64,000 bases of DNA from Octopus vulgaris. Taxonomy: Eukaryota. Made by a program: the position numbers and the translations under genes. The notes beneath the pieces are model-generated. The model did not search any database. It saw nothing but the letters and a program-made list of their open reading frames with translations, and was not told the origin of the DNA. The stretch is taken from positions 22,692,001-22,756,000 of the forward strand of contig OX597834.1 in the NCBI GenBank assembly GCA_951406725.2, read 5' to 3'. This document shows positions 26,879 to 39,480 of the stretch, piece after piece; the first letter of the stretch is position 1; every line of letters starts with the position of its first letter.

Positions 26879-29291
26879 TATGACGGGCTTCTTTCAGTTT
26901 CCGTCTACCAAATCCACTCACAAGGCTTTGGTCGGTCCGAGGCTATAGTAGAAGACACTTGCCCAATGTGCCACGCAGTGGGACTGAACCCGGAACCATG
27001 TGGTTGGTAAGCAAGCTACTTACCACACGGCCACTCCTGATTGCTTTGTTTTTAGAATGACATTGTAGGATAGGTGTGAGGGGTCGCATCTGGCTGGTTT
27101 GGACACAAAACAGGTAGAATATTTGGTCCAGGCCAGGTGTATTTGGTTTGAATGCTAGAGAGCAAACCCTTTAGCGTTTAAACATCAAGCCCAAAGATTT
27201 TGTTACTAAAGAAAAAAAATTCAATGATTGAGCTGAGAGTAGGGCAGTTTACATGTTTTCATCTCTACATACCCGAAATTGTTTGGAGAACCGGTTTTGG
27301 CCTACTTTCACCATAATTACATAGTGATAAGAGTCATTGCCAACCATTAAAAGCACACAAATACACACACAATTACATTCACTAGTTGATGATTATTTTG
27401 TAATCATTGTTATTATCGCTACTGTTGCGCTTCCATTTCACTTCTCAGAGTTCTTGATATCACTTGCTCCAGTTAATTCTCTAAGAGCAGATAACATCCT
27501 GTTATCAAGGGTTACACAGGGTCTCTTTCCACGATACTTAACATCATGGTACTAATCTCAACATCCTCACTCTCCTCAATAAAGCAATTTTCTCAACATG
27601 TTCTAACCTCGTGTCAATCCCAATTTCTCCAACCTGGTTACTAATGTTCCCTCTATTATTATTATTATTATTATTAATATTATTATTATTATTAAAGTGG
27701 TGAGCTGGCAGAATTGTTAACAGGACGGGTAGAATGCTTAGTGGTATTTCGCCTGTTGTTACGTTCTGAATTCAAGTTCTACCAAGGTCAACTTCTCCTT
27801 TCATTCTTTTGAGGTTGATAAAATTAAGTACCAGTAAAACACTGGGGATGGGGGGGGGCAATGTAATCGACTAGCCCCCTCCCCCAAATTTCAGGCCATG
27901 TGCCTTTACTAAAAAGGATTATTGCCTTTTTCAAGCTTCACTATGAGGTTAGAGAGGAGAGTGCTGTCTGATAACAAGTTTTCTGAAAGGTGGGTGAATT
28001 GTGCAAGAATGGCCAGCATAAATGGACCAATTCTGAGGTTTCGCCTGTAATTGAAAAAGGTATTATAAAAGGAGAAAGGGGCTCTCTACCCCCCTTTTGA
28101 CCAGGCTCCTGTGGCTTTTATGGGTTTTTCCACGTGAGACCTTTTTCTTTTTTCGAAGCGTCTCCTCTATTGGGAGTTTTGTAAATTGTTGAATTTTTTC
28201 GTTGTTATAAAGCTTGTTTACACAGACTTTTTTTCTTTCGAAAAACGGACAAAACCTTTTGTAACCTTTCGTCCTGTTTTGTCCCTTTATGTTTTCCAAT
28301 CGTATTTGTCAGCCCTTGTGGCCAATAAAAAGAATTAATTATTATTATTATTATTAAGGCGGCAAGGTGGTAGAATCAGTAGCACACCCAGACAAAATGC
28401 TTAGCGGCATTTCATCAATCCTTACATTCTGATTATGATTATTATTATTATGAAACAATAAAACAAGAATTGAAGCTAGCTGTGTTTTCAGTAACTCTAA
28501 CATAAAGCAATTTGTCTTGGCTTCAACACTCCAGTCCCTGATCAAACAAGTACAGACATGGAAATGCCTAACAAACACCCCCCTACGCAACCATGTCCCT
28601 CTCTCCCGTAGGTTATTAATAACTGCACTCAGTCTAATTGCTGTTTATGTCACAGATTCATAAATTATACCTCTCCAATGATTGTGTTCGTTAACTTAAC
28701 ACAATAAAAACTTCACACATTCATCATACTGTCTACTTCCCAATTAACAAAGAAAATTTGTTTGTTTTTGGTTTTCAGCCCAAGGTCAACCTTAATTGAG
28801 AAAAGCTATGATCAAAGACATTCCAGTTGTTACCATCCCATCTATTTTTTATTGTTGTTTTTTTTCAGACATTATCTAAAACTATCACATCCAATATGTC
28901 ATTTCTTTTTTAATACCATAGTGTATGAGTTCAGTGAGATTAGGCTACTATTTCCAGCAGATCAAGCAATCACGTAGAAGCTCCCTTGATGGTTCATACT
29001 GATTACTAATTGAAGCAGTTTTTTTTTACTCTTGGTCAATTCTGATCAAAGAGATCTATGAACAAGACCCCTTTCAGCTGCAACCATCCAGTTATATTTA
29101 TTTTTACAGAATTACCGTTGTTTTCAACTTACATTTTACATAATGGATTATGTAAAACATAAAGTAGAGCCTTTCACAAGAAAATAGAGCCCTTTTCTAA
29201 GAGTCTTGGTGATTTATTGTATGCTGTGTACAGAATACTTAATTCTGTGCCTATCTGGATGATAAAGAGGGGATAAGATGCCTTCCCAAAT

Positions 29292-29515
29292 CATATAGAC
29301 TCAGAAGGCCAGTTTCCCGGTTTCTGTGGTGCATATATTTTTTTCCCCTGGATAGGATGCCAGTCCCTCTCAGGATTACTCACCTTTGCCAGATAAATGG
29401 ACTGGAGCAATGTGAAATGAAGTGTTTTGCTCAAGAACACAATGCGTTGCCTGGTCCAGAAATAATCAAAACTACAATCTCACAATCATGAATCCGATAC
29501 TCTAATCACTAAAGC
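29292..29515 (-). mobile_element. tRNA-derived SINE family E (second copy about 57560-57780, +)
   Basis: TAGTG(A/G)TTAG(A/G)GTA head, TTCTTGAGCAAAACACTTCATTTC and GGACTGGCATCC motifs shared by both copies. Confidence 0.6.
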
Positions 29516-30673
29516 AAATGCCTATCCCAAACATGTTCATAAGTTTGCCCTCAACATCCAGGCTTGTTTTGAAACCCTTAGTTAGTCCCTGTTTCATTCA
29601 TTCTGAGTAATATAAAGCTTTCCTTTCACAAATCCCAAGTTAACTTGGTGATTGAAAGCAACTGAGAATGTGTATTATATATATTGCATGTACACCTGAG
29701 AAATATGTCTTGTGCATCAGGTGCAATACGAAGGACATATAAAGGGCAGGCAAAAGGTTAAAGTCACAATGATTCTTTGATACATTATATCATCATTGTT
29801 TCCATGTCTGCTTTTCCATGCTGGTATGAGTTGAAAGAGAGCTTACTGAGACAGTATTTTACAGTCGGGTTCTCTTCTAGTTACCAACCTTTAACCGTTT
29901 ATCAATTAAGGAGTTTATATTCCACCAGTTTTCATAAATCAAAACCCACACAGCTACAGGACCAATTCTTTAACAGGAGATGTAAACACAACATCACCAT
30001 TTTGCTCAGCCAGTGTCTTTACAGTATTCTACAAAATGTGTATGTATCTAATTTCAAAAGACACACCAAAATATCGTGACATTTAACTAAGTCAAACCTA
30101 ATTTTTCACCACAAAGTATAGCACACATATAAAAGCTATCTAGTGTAAAGGTTAAGTTTATTTATTTTTATTAATCCCCTCCTCCAATTCAATGGTCACC
30201 TTTTCAAAACTCAAAATTAATTTCTGCGTTAATTATTGCAATTTGAGCAAAATTCTTCACTGTTTGTTGTTTTTTTTTCTTAGACATTTAAATGCAGAAA
30301 GCAATTGATTGAGTAACATTTTGCTTTGAATGTTCTTTGTTTCAAAATGCCACAAATACCAGCTGTGTAGTAAGAAGTTTGCTTACCAATCACATGGTTG
30401 CAGGTTCAGTCCTACTGAGTGGCACTTTGGGTAAGTGTCTTCTATTATAGCTCCAGGTTGACCAAAGCCTTGTGAGTGAATTGGGTGCATGGAAACTGAA
30501 AGCAATCCACATACATACAAGATAAGGGCAGAAGAAAAATTCTTCTGCCCTTATCTTGTAAATTATTTATAAATTTAACCTTTAACGGTATTTTTTGATA
30601 TGCTGGCCATTGATAAAATTTTTTTCCAGAAAAATTTTATCCTACATTAGTTATACATACATACATATATATA

Positions 30674-31067
30674 TCTTTATATATAAAAGTGAAGTTGTGT
30701 GTCTGTCTCCTACGATTTAGATTCCTAACTACTCCCACATTTTGCGGTGCAGTGTAACCAAAAGCGGGTATCTTATAGCCGTGATTCATATCGAGCTCTT
30801 CTGGGTATTAGCGCGCGTCTACGATGAGTCTATGATTTTAAAAAAAATTTACCATAATTTTTTCCCATTTTTAATGCATTTTTTGCTATTATATAAGGGA
30901 AGTAACTCTCTAAAAATGTATTATTAAATCTCAGAACGTAAAAAGCTACAGTAACACCCCCCTTTGTGGTTAGCCATATTGAGATGGCTATTATACTTTA
31001 CATCTCTAAAAATGCTTATATAGTTATTTCCCTTACAAACCCGAGCAATGCCGGGCGATACTGCTAG
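30674..31067 (+). mobile_element. Non-autonomous Helitron H1 (variant internal segment)
   Basis: Same termini as 8184-8585. Confidence 0.85.
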
Positions 31068-31532
31068 TATATATATATATCTGTAAAATAATATACCACA
31101 CCATATGCACACACACACACAAAATCATTCGTACAACACACTTTGCCACAAAGAAAGTTACACATGTATCTTTTATCGTTTATCTTTTCCACTTGTTTCA
31201 ATCATTAGACTGCGGCCATACTGGGGCACCACCTGGGAGAATTTTCCGTCAAATGAATCAAAGCCACAACTTTTTTTCTTTTTAAGCCTGGTAGTTATTC
31301 TATCCACCTCTTTTGCCAAACTGCTAAGTTACAGGGATGTAAACACACCAACACCAAGTGTCAGGTGGTAGTAGAGGAATAAACACAGACACAATGCTGC
31401 TAAGGTTGACTTTGCCCTTTCTCCTATCAGAGTTCACAAAATAAGAACCAGTCAAGCACTGGGGTCAATATAATCAACTAGTCCCTTCCTCAAAATTTCA
31501 GCCCCTTTGCCCATAGCAGAAAGGACTTATTA

Positions 31533-31900
31533 TTACCTCTGCTTTAGCAAAGGCGGAGGTATTGTTTCCAGCTGTGTTTGTTTGTTTGTTTGTCCATGGA
31601 CAAGATATCTCAAGAACCACTCAAGGGATTTGCAGAAACTTTCGAGAATGTTTGGCCTCGTGACTGGCACGAGCTGATTGATTTTGGGATCAATACTGTA
31701 CCGGACAAAGCTTCTGGATTATTTTTCCAGTTTTTTACTTAATTTTTGAGAGCAGTCAGGTTCATTTCTAGTATTCTCGTTAGTGAGAGCGGTCGAGCTT
31801 ATTTCAGATATTCTCATTTTAAAAATCATCTCTGGCTAATCACTGAGAGGACATTGGTATTGCCTTTGCAGAGGTTTACACTCTGTGAGTGCTCTTGCTA
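31533..31900 (+). mobile_element. Helentron-associated (HINE/DINE-1-like) non-autonomous element
   Basis: 5' ACCTCTGC...GGCGGAGGT inverted repeat, (GTTT)n microsatellite, 3' subTIR GCAGAGGT and short hairpin CACTCTGTGAGTG; T-rich insertion site. Confidence 0.6.
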
Positions 31901-32667
31901 TTATTATTATTATTATCATCATTATTATTAAGGCAACAAGATGGCAGAATCATTAGCACACTGAGCAAAACACTTTGCAGCATTTCATCCATCCTTATGT
32001 TCTGAGTTCAAATTCTGCCAAGGTCAACTTTGCCTTTCATCTTTTCTAGGTTAATGAAATAAGCACCAGTTATGCACTGGAGTTGATATAATCAACTCGC
32101 CCCCTCCCTCAAAATTTCAGGCTTTGTACCTATAGTAGAAAGATTATTATTATTATTGTTACTATTATTATGGTGGTGAGCTGGCAGAATCATTAACACA
32201 CCAAGCAAAATGTTAAGCGATATTTCGTCCATCTTTACATTTTGAGTTCAAATTCCACTGAGGTCGACTTTGCCTTTTATCTTTACAGGGGTTGATAAAA
32301 TAAATACCAGCTGAACACTGGGATTGATTGATATAATCAACTTCCCCACTCCCATGATATTGCAGACCTCATACCAAAATTTGAAACCATTGTTATTATT
32401 ACTACTACTACTACTACTACTAAGGCAGCGAGCTGGCAGAATTGTTAGCACGCAGGGCGAAATGCTTGGCAGTATTTCATCCGTCGTCCCATTTTGAGTT
32501 CAAATTTTGCCGAGGTTGACTTTGCCTTTCATCCTTTCAGGGTCGATTAAATAAGTACCAGTTACGCACTGGGGTTGGTGTAATCAACTTAATCCCTTCC
32601 CCCAAATTCCAGGCGTTGTGCCTACAGCAGAAAGGATTATTATTATTATTATTACTATCATTATTAA

Positions 32668-33101
32668 CTTTTTCATTACTGTATTTATTTTGAAATGCTC
32701 TGTGTTTCTTTCAATTAATTTTAAATATAACAAAGAATTTAGTAAAATAACTTAGTTATCATTCAGCTAGTGTTAGGAACATAAATTGTGACTAAGGTTT
32801 TAATTCCAAACTCATGAAAACAAGACATTTGTACTCAGAGCTAGAGCCGGTTTCAGCCGGGTTGGTGTCAAAAGGGTTAACCCTTTCGTTACTATATTTA
32901 TTTTGAGATGTTCTGTGTTTCTTTCAATTTCTTTAAATATAACAAAGAATTTAGTAAAATAACTTAGTTATCATTCAGCTAGTGTTAGGAACATAAATTG
33001 TGACGAAGGTTTGGTGGAAGATTTTAATTCAGAACTTAAGAAAACAAGACATTAGTACAACAGAGCCAGAGCCGGTTTCAGCCGGGTTGGTGTCAAAAGG
33101 G
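32668..33101. mobile_element. Head-to-tail dimer of piggyBac-like MITE P2
   Basis: Units 32668-32876 and 32881-33101 share one TTAA, with TTAA at both outer ends. Confidence 0.85.
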
Positions 33102-33479
33102 TTAAACAAATACTCTTTCCAGCTGGATACCCTTTCTTCTGCTAACTAAGTAATCGACAATGAAAAATAGAAAAGAAATCGTTTTTATTATGTGCAACTT
33201 AAATAGATTAGTTCAATAAATAGTACAATACAACGATCATTTACATGAATCAATGATTCTTTACAAACGAAGATGATTCTGTTTTGTGTTTTATCTATAA
33301 AGAACATATATAGTTACATTTACCGTGCAAAATGTAAATATGACAGCTGTTTAATCTCTAACGAGTGTGGTTATTAGTGGAAAGATACCATCTGCTCATA
33401 AACAATTTTTCCCAGTCATATGGACATTCATATGCGCAGGTATGGCTGTGTGGTTAAAGAGATCAACTTTCCAACCAAG

Positions 33480-34311
33480 GTGGAGAAAATAGTACTCAAA
33501 TGGCAACAGGACTCTGCACCATGCAACACAAGCAGGAGAACCCAGTCACAGTTATCATTCAATTTCTGCGACCACACGACCCCTAACATCTGACCACCTA
33601 ACTCCCCAGACTGTAACCCCTTTGATTATTATGTGTGGGGCGCAGTTGAGCGAGAGACCAACAAAACTCCTTATAACACCAAAGATGAACTGAAGGCAAG
33701 GATTATGGCAGCATTCAACAACTTAAAGAAGGATTTGCAGGAAATTCCGAAGTCGTCTGGCAGCCATAGTTGAAGCCATTGGTGATTTTATTGAATAAAT
33801 TTGTGGAGGCGCAATAGCCCAGTGGTTAGGGCAGCGGACTCGCGGTTTCGATTCCCAGACCGGGTGTTGTGAGTGTTATTGAGCGAAAACACCTAAAAGC
33901 TCCACGAGGCTCCGGCAGGGGATGGTGGTGATCCCTGCTGTACTCTTTCACCACAACTTTCTCTCACTCTTACTTCCTGTTTCTGTTGTACCTGTATTTC
34001 AAAGGGCCGGGCTTGTCACTCTCTGTGTCAAGCTGAATATCCCCGAGAACTACGTTAAGGGTACACGTGTCTGTGGAGTGCTCAGCCACTTACACGTTAA
34101 TTTCACAAGCAGGCTGTTCCGTTGATTCGGATCAACCGGAACCCTCGTCGTTGTAACCGACGGAGTGCTTCCCCCAATTGAATAAATTTACTCTTTAGTA
34201 TTTCAAGATATTTTTAAGTAATCTCAGTACATAAATGAGATGCTGAAATGAGACGTCAGTGTTATTTCCATTTTTGTGTAATTTAGACAAGAGTTTACTC
34301 ACTGCACCCTA
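33480..34311 (+). mobile_element. maT-type (DD37D) Tc1/mariner transposase relic, 3' part
   Basis: WQQDSAP...I*PPNSPDCNPFDYYVWG with 37 positions between the second and third catalytic D; ends ...GDFIE*; TIR-like TGCACCCT at the right end. Confidence 0.85.
33803..34176 (+). mobile_element. tRNA-derived SINE family D with 13-bp TSD, inserted into a maT relic
   Basis: tRNA-like head GGCGCAATAGCCCAGTGGTTAGGGCAGCGGAC...GGTTTCGATTCCC; TSD ATTGAATAAATTT at 33790-33802 and 34177-34189. Confidence 0.85.
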
Positions 34312-37300
34312 TACGTGTGTGTGTTTATGTAGGTGCATGCATGGCTGTGTAATTTAAGAAGTTCACTTCCCAACAGCGTGGTTTTGAGTTCAGTCCCATT
34401 GCATGACACTTTTAGCAAGTGTCTTCTTTAACGCTGAGCCGATCAAAGCCTTGTGAGTAGATTTGTCAGACAGAAACTGAAAGAAGCTAGCCAGCCTTGC
34501 ATACATCTGACCCAAGCAACCATGAAAAAGTGGATCTTAAAACAATGATGATGAATAAAGTAAAACCGACTCTACCAGTGTGTTTCTGTTTTGAATGAAA
34601 CAAAGACTGTGTACTTTTTCCCATCCACTGCAACACACAACTCTCAGATCAAATTTCCTGCCAAACAAGTCTAAACTGACGACACTGAATGCTTGTTGAT
34701 CTGAATGCTTGTTGACTATTTATTTAATAGACCTAAAAACAAGTATGGTTTGTTTTTGTTTTTCTCTTTTAAAGAACAAATGTTGAAAGCTGGGTCAAAC
34801 AATGCAAACGCAAAATGTCAACAAAATAGCCAGTACAGTAACGTTCAACCTGCTAAAAACAACAGCTAAATCTCCTTTACATCAGATAGATCCATCTTAA
34901 AACAAGGATACATAAAATGTGTAGACCAGCATTTGTAGCCAAAATTTGATACCCCATACGTCAAAATCTGTAACTCAGTTTTGGAAAGCATAAGGAATAT
35001 ATATAATATAAATGAGGCAGACCTCTACACGGTAGCTATACCTGGTAGAAATAGCAGCCAAATCTCCCTCAAAACACCCTACTGTTTTAATCCAACAATT
35101 CTGCCTATTATGTAGTTTGAATGAGAAACTGTAACTAAAGATTAAGATTATTAACCCCACAATGAGGTGAAAGAAGAGAGACAGCATAGCGAAAGTTTTG
35201 GCTGGCTGTCATCTTGTACTCTCCTTGTTGGTAGTGAAATGGTATATGCCGGCTGTGTGAGCAAGTGGTTGTTTTAATGGCGGAACAAACAGGGGATTCC
35301 ATTAGAAAAAGTTTTAATTGATTTTCTCGTTAACCATGAGGGCTAGGGGGAAAATACAAACCACATTCCAATCTATGCACCCGTCTCCACATGTGTGCCA
35401 TTTTTCATGCAAATCCACCCAGCCATTTGGCTGTGAACCTCAAGACAAGAAAGAATACAATGATCGCCCATGTTCAATTTATATTATAGATATATATTGT
35501 CGTTGTCATCACCATTTACCATCCATTTTCCATGCTGGCATGTGTTGGATGGTTTGACAGAAGCTGCCAAGTCAGAGGATAGCACCATGGTCCACTGGTT
35601 GCTTTGTCATAGATTCTATGGCTGGATGCACTTGCCAGCTCTGGTCAAACCATCCAATCCATGCCAGGAAAGAAAATGGACATTAAAAGATGATGATGAT
35701 AATATATATTTAATCCATAAATGTTAATTCAATAGAATTCCCCTTTTGTTTTGTCTATGGCTATTCAGATAACCAGAGGCTGAAACAATATTTTAATTTG
35801 TCACACAAACATTTATAGATTAAATGTTGACCCATTCTCAGATGTGTCTTTAAGTTCTTTATTTTAAGTGGCCGGATGTAGCTTTTTTGAACTTGTGTGT
35901 GTGTGTGTGAATGTCCTTTTGTCTGCCTCAACAAATGTCATTTGGCTCGTGTAAACATGGAAACCAAACATTAAATGATGATGTTTTCGAGGAATATAGA
36001 AAACAAGTGGTACCACTTGTATGACAGGGATGCTCATTCGCAGTCGTTACATGACGTCAAGACAAGCACACACACACACACACACGCGATTGTCTTCTTT
36101 CAGTTTCTGTCTAACACATCCACTCAAAAGTCTTTGGTTGACCCATGGCTATACTAAAAGACACTAGCCCAAAATATCACAGAGCGGGACTGAACTCAAA
36201 ACCATGTCAGTGGGAAGCAAACTTCTTAACCACACAGCTATACCTGCATAAAAAGAAAGAAAAATCCTTAGTCTTTTAATCAAAGTAGGCTTCAGTAGAA
36301 ATTATGCTATGCTGATGAGGCTGATGAAGACAGAAGCATGTCCTTAGTTGTTTCTCTTGATAGCAAACAAAGATCAGATTTCCCATCACCACCGCCCAAT
36401 GCATGTAAATTTATTTTGTGAAATTATTTCTTAATTTTTGACATTCATCTACCCTTTTTCTTTAAGGGTTGCAAAGAAAAATAAAAACAATTTGAGTTAC
36501 TTTCTCTGACTTCCAAGGTAATGTTAGTTAACTGAGACATTTTGATCCCTATTCAGCACAGCACACCAAGACATAGTTGATTTATGATATGATATTTATT
36601 TCTTTATTGCATACAGGGGGCTAAACATAGAGAGGACAAACACGGACAGACAAAGGGATTAAGTCGATTACATCAACCCCAGTGCATAATTGGTACTTAT
36701 ATAATCGACCCCGATTCTGCCAGCTCACCGCCTTATGATATATTCTTTTCTACTCAAGGCACAAGGCCCAAATTTTTTGTGAAGGGTAGGGGAAAGTCAA
36801 TTAGATCAACCCCAGTACGCAACAGGTATTTAATTTATCAGCCCCAAAAGGATGAAAGGTAAAGTCGACCTTGGTGGAATTTGAACTCAGAACATAAAGA
36901 CAGATGAAATACCGCTAAGCATGTCGCCTGGCATACTAATGTTTGTTATTTCTTTACTGCCCACAAGGGGCTACACACAGAGGGGACAAACAAGGACAGA
37001 CAAACGGATTAAGTTGATTATATCACCCCCAGTGCGTAACAAGTACTTATTTAATTGACCCCGAAAGGATGAAAGGCAAAGTCGACCTTGGCAGAATTTG
37101 AACTCAGAACATAGCGGCAGATGAAATACTGCTAAGCATTTCTCCCGGTGTGCTAATGTTTCTGCCAGCTCGCCACCTTATGATATAATATTACTGACCT
37201 AAACTGGTTCTAACATCACTCTATCCTATTTGATGAAGTATGTCTCAGATGTTGATTATGTGTTAAGAATTGTATCACGTTTAGCACATGACTGGTCATC

Positions 37301-37789
37301 TACATTAATCAATCAATCAACAGATCAATGAGTTTGCAAAACAAACAAAATAATAAATTACAATAACTAGAGGTCAGATGGTACTACTTAAATCATTAAC
37401 TAGATATGTTGATTTTTAACACAAACGATATGCATTTGAATAAAAGGGAACAACTAACCTAAGTATGAGCTGGTATCTAATTTTATTAATCATAGCATGA
37501 TTAAAGGGTACAGATGTCCTTGGATAGATCTGGTCAGAACAAACAGGTGGGTGGGGTTGGGCGTGATGAAATTGTTATCTACAAAAATATACATTGATTT
37601 CTAATGCATGCATGGTTCTATGCTTAAGAAAAACACCTCCCACCAACCTTGTGGCACCTTGAGCAAGTGTCTTCTACTATAGCTCTGGACCAACCACAGT
37701 CTTGTGTCTCCTGGAACCAATTAACAACGTAGGGGGAGGTATGCCTGTATTTGGTTTGACTTTATTATCCCAACTTGTACAACTGCGTA

Positions 37790-38170
37790 GGCGCAGGAGT
37801 GGCTGTGTGGTAAGTAGCTTGTTTACCAGCCACATGGTTCCGGGTTCAGTCCCACTGCGTGGCACATTGGGCAAGTGTCTTCTACTATAGCCTCGGGCTG
37901 ACCAAAGCCTTGTGAGTGGATTTGGTAGACGGAAACTGAAAGAAGCCTGTCGTATATATGTATATATATATATGTGCATGTATGTTTGTCCCCCTAGCAT
38001 TGCTTGACAACCGATGCTGGTGTGTTTATGTCCCCGTCACTTAGCAGTTCGGCAAAAGAGACCGATAGAATAAGTACTAGGCTTACAAAGCATAAGTCCC
38101 GGGGTCGAGTTGCTCGATTAAAGGTGGTGCTCCAGCATGGCCACAGTCAAAATGACTGAAACAAGTAAAA
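37790..38170 (+). mobile_element. tRNA-derived SINE family A (CORE-like), representative copy
   Basis: Head GGCGCAGGAGTGGCTGTGTGG (A box)...GGTTCAGTCC (B box), CORE-like TTGGGCAAGTGTCTT, internal TA/TG microsatellite, A-rich tail. Other copies at about 1281-1672(-), 4990-5403(-), 6796-7032(-), 9510-10272(-), 13885-14293(-), 18100-18510(+), 18920-19320(+), 26600-27038(-), 38345-38702(-), 46487-46905(+), 51592-51990(-). Confidence 0.85.
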
Positions 38171-39193
38171 AAAAAGAGAACTCAATGCCAGGACAAACTC
38201 ACCAGTCTTGACTCGACTTGCATGGATTCTCTAACAATTATTTGGAGTAATTTCTTACATCTGGCTTGGGTCGAAAATTCTTGTACCGTACACGACTTGT
38301 TAGTGCAACATGAAATGGCATGTATATATATTCTTTGGCCAAGTTGGAGCACTGCCTTGAAGGATTTTAGTCGAATGAATTGACCCCAGGACTATTTTTT
38401 TTTTAAAGCCTAGTACTTATTCTATCCGCAACTTAGTGGTTTTGCCAAACCGCTAAGTTATGGGGACATAAACACATGAACACCAGTTCTCAAGCAGTGA
38501 TGGGGGACAAATACAGACACAAAGACACACTCACACACATTCATATATGACAGGCTTCTTTCAATTTCCATCTACCAAATCCACTCACAAGGCTCTGGTT
38601 GACCTGAGGCTATAACAGAAGACACTTGCCTAAGGTCCTACACAGTGGGACTGAACCCAGAACCATGTGGTTGGAAAGCAAGCTTTCTACCACACAGCCA
38701 CCTGTGTGGTAAGAAGTGTACCACACATATATTTATATATGTTATTGATAACCCCTGGAAGGTGCTTCTTTCCTACACACCAAAATGAATGGAGCTTTAG
38801 CCGGTAGGAACTGATGTCATTAGATGGTATCCAACAATCATCAGGTATCTCAATAACACCATCCTGTTGATGGGTTAGCAGAGGTGGCCAAATCACTGCT
38901 CATCATCTCTTCCTGTGCCACAACTATGATTTCACTCGGCTTGATGGGTCTTCTACTCAAGACAGCATATTGCCAAAGGTCTCAGTCATATGCCATTACC
39001 TCCATGAGGCCCAACACTCAAAAGGTGCTTTTTATGTACCACCGGCATCAGCCACATTGCCTCCATGTGCAATGATGCATATAGTTGTATGTGTACTTGT
39101 ATAAGTCATAATGTATGTGTACCAGTGTATATAGCGGTATATGTATAGTGCTACATGAGTTAGTAGTGATAATTGCATAGTCATACTTTACAC

Positions 39194-39480
39194 CAGTGCT
39201 ACTCAACGTGGTGGTCTGCGAACTGGTGCCAGTCTGTGAGCCATCAGCTGCCAGTAAGTGGCAAGTTTCCAGAAAACAAACATTATAAAATGCTTGTGTA
39301 ATATTGTATTATTTGTTTACAAAATAAATATAAGATAATAAAAATTGCCAACTTTATTTTGTTTATTATATATATTGTTTCTGGTATAAATTAATATTAC
39401 TAAGAAATATTATTGTCCCTGGCTTGCTGGATAAAAAAAAAACTATCAGTACACCACATCAGATAGTTTGAGAAGCACTG
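39194..39480. mobile_element. hAT (Charlie-like) MITE
   Basis: TIRs CAGTGCTACTCAA / TTGAGAAGCACTG; perfect 8-bp TSD CTTTACAC. Confidence 0.9.

Noticed and set aside
33805-33860. tRNA gene
   Set aside because: tRNA-like SINE head: no complete cloverleaf, continues into SINE body and is bounded by a TSD. The same applies to the heads of families A, B and E.
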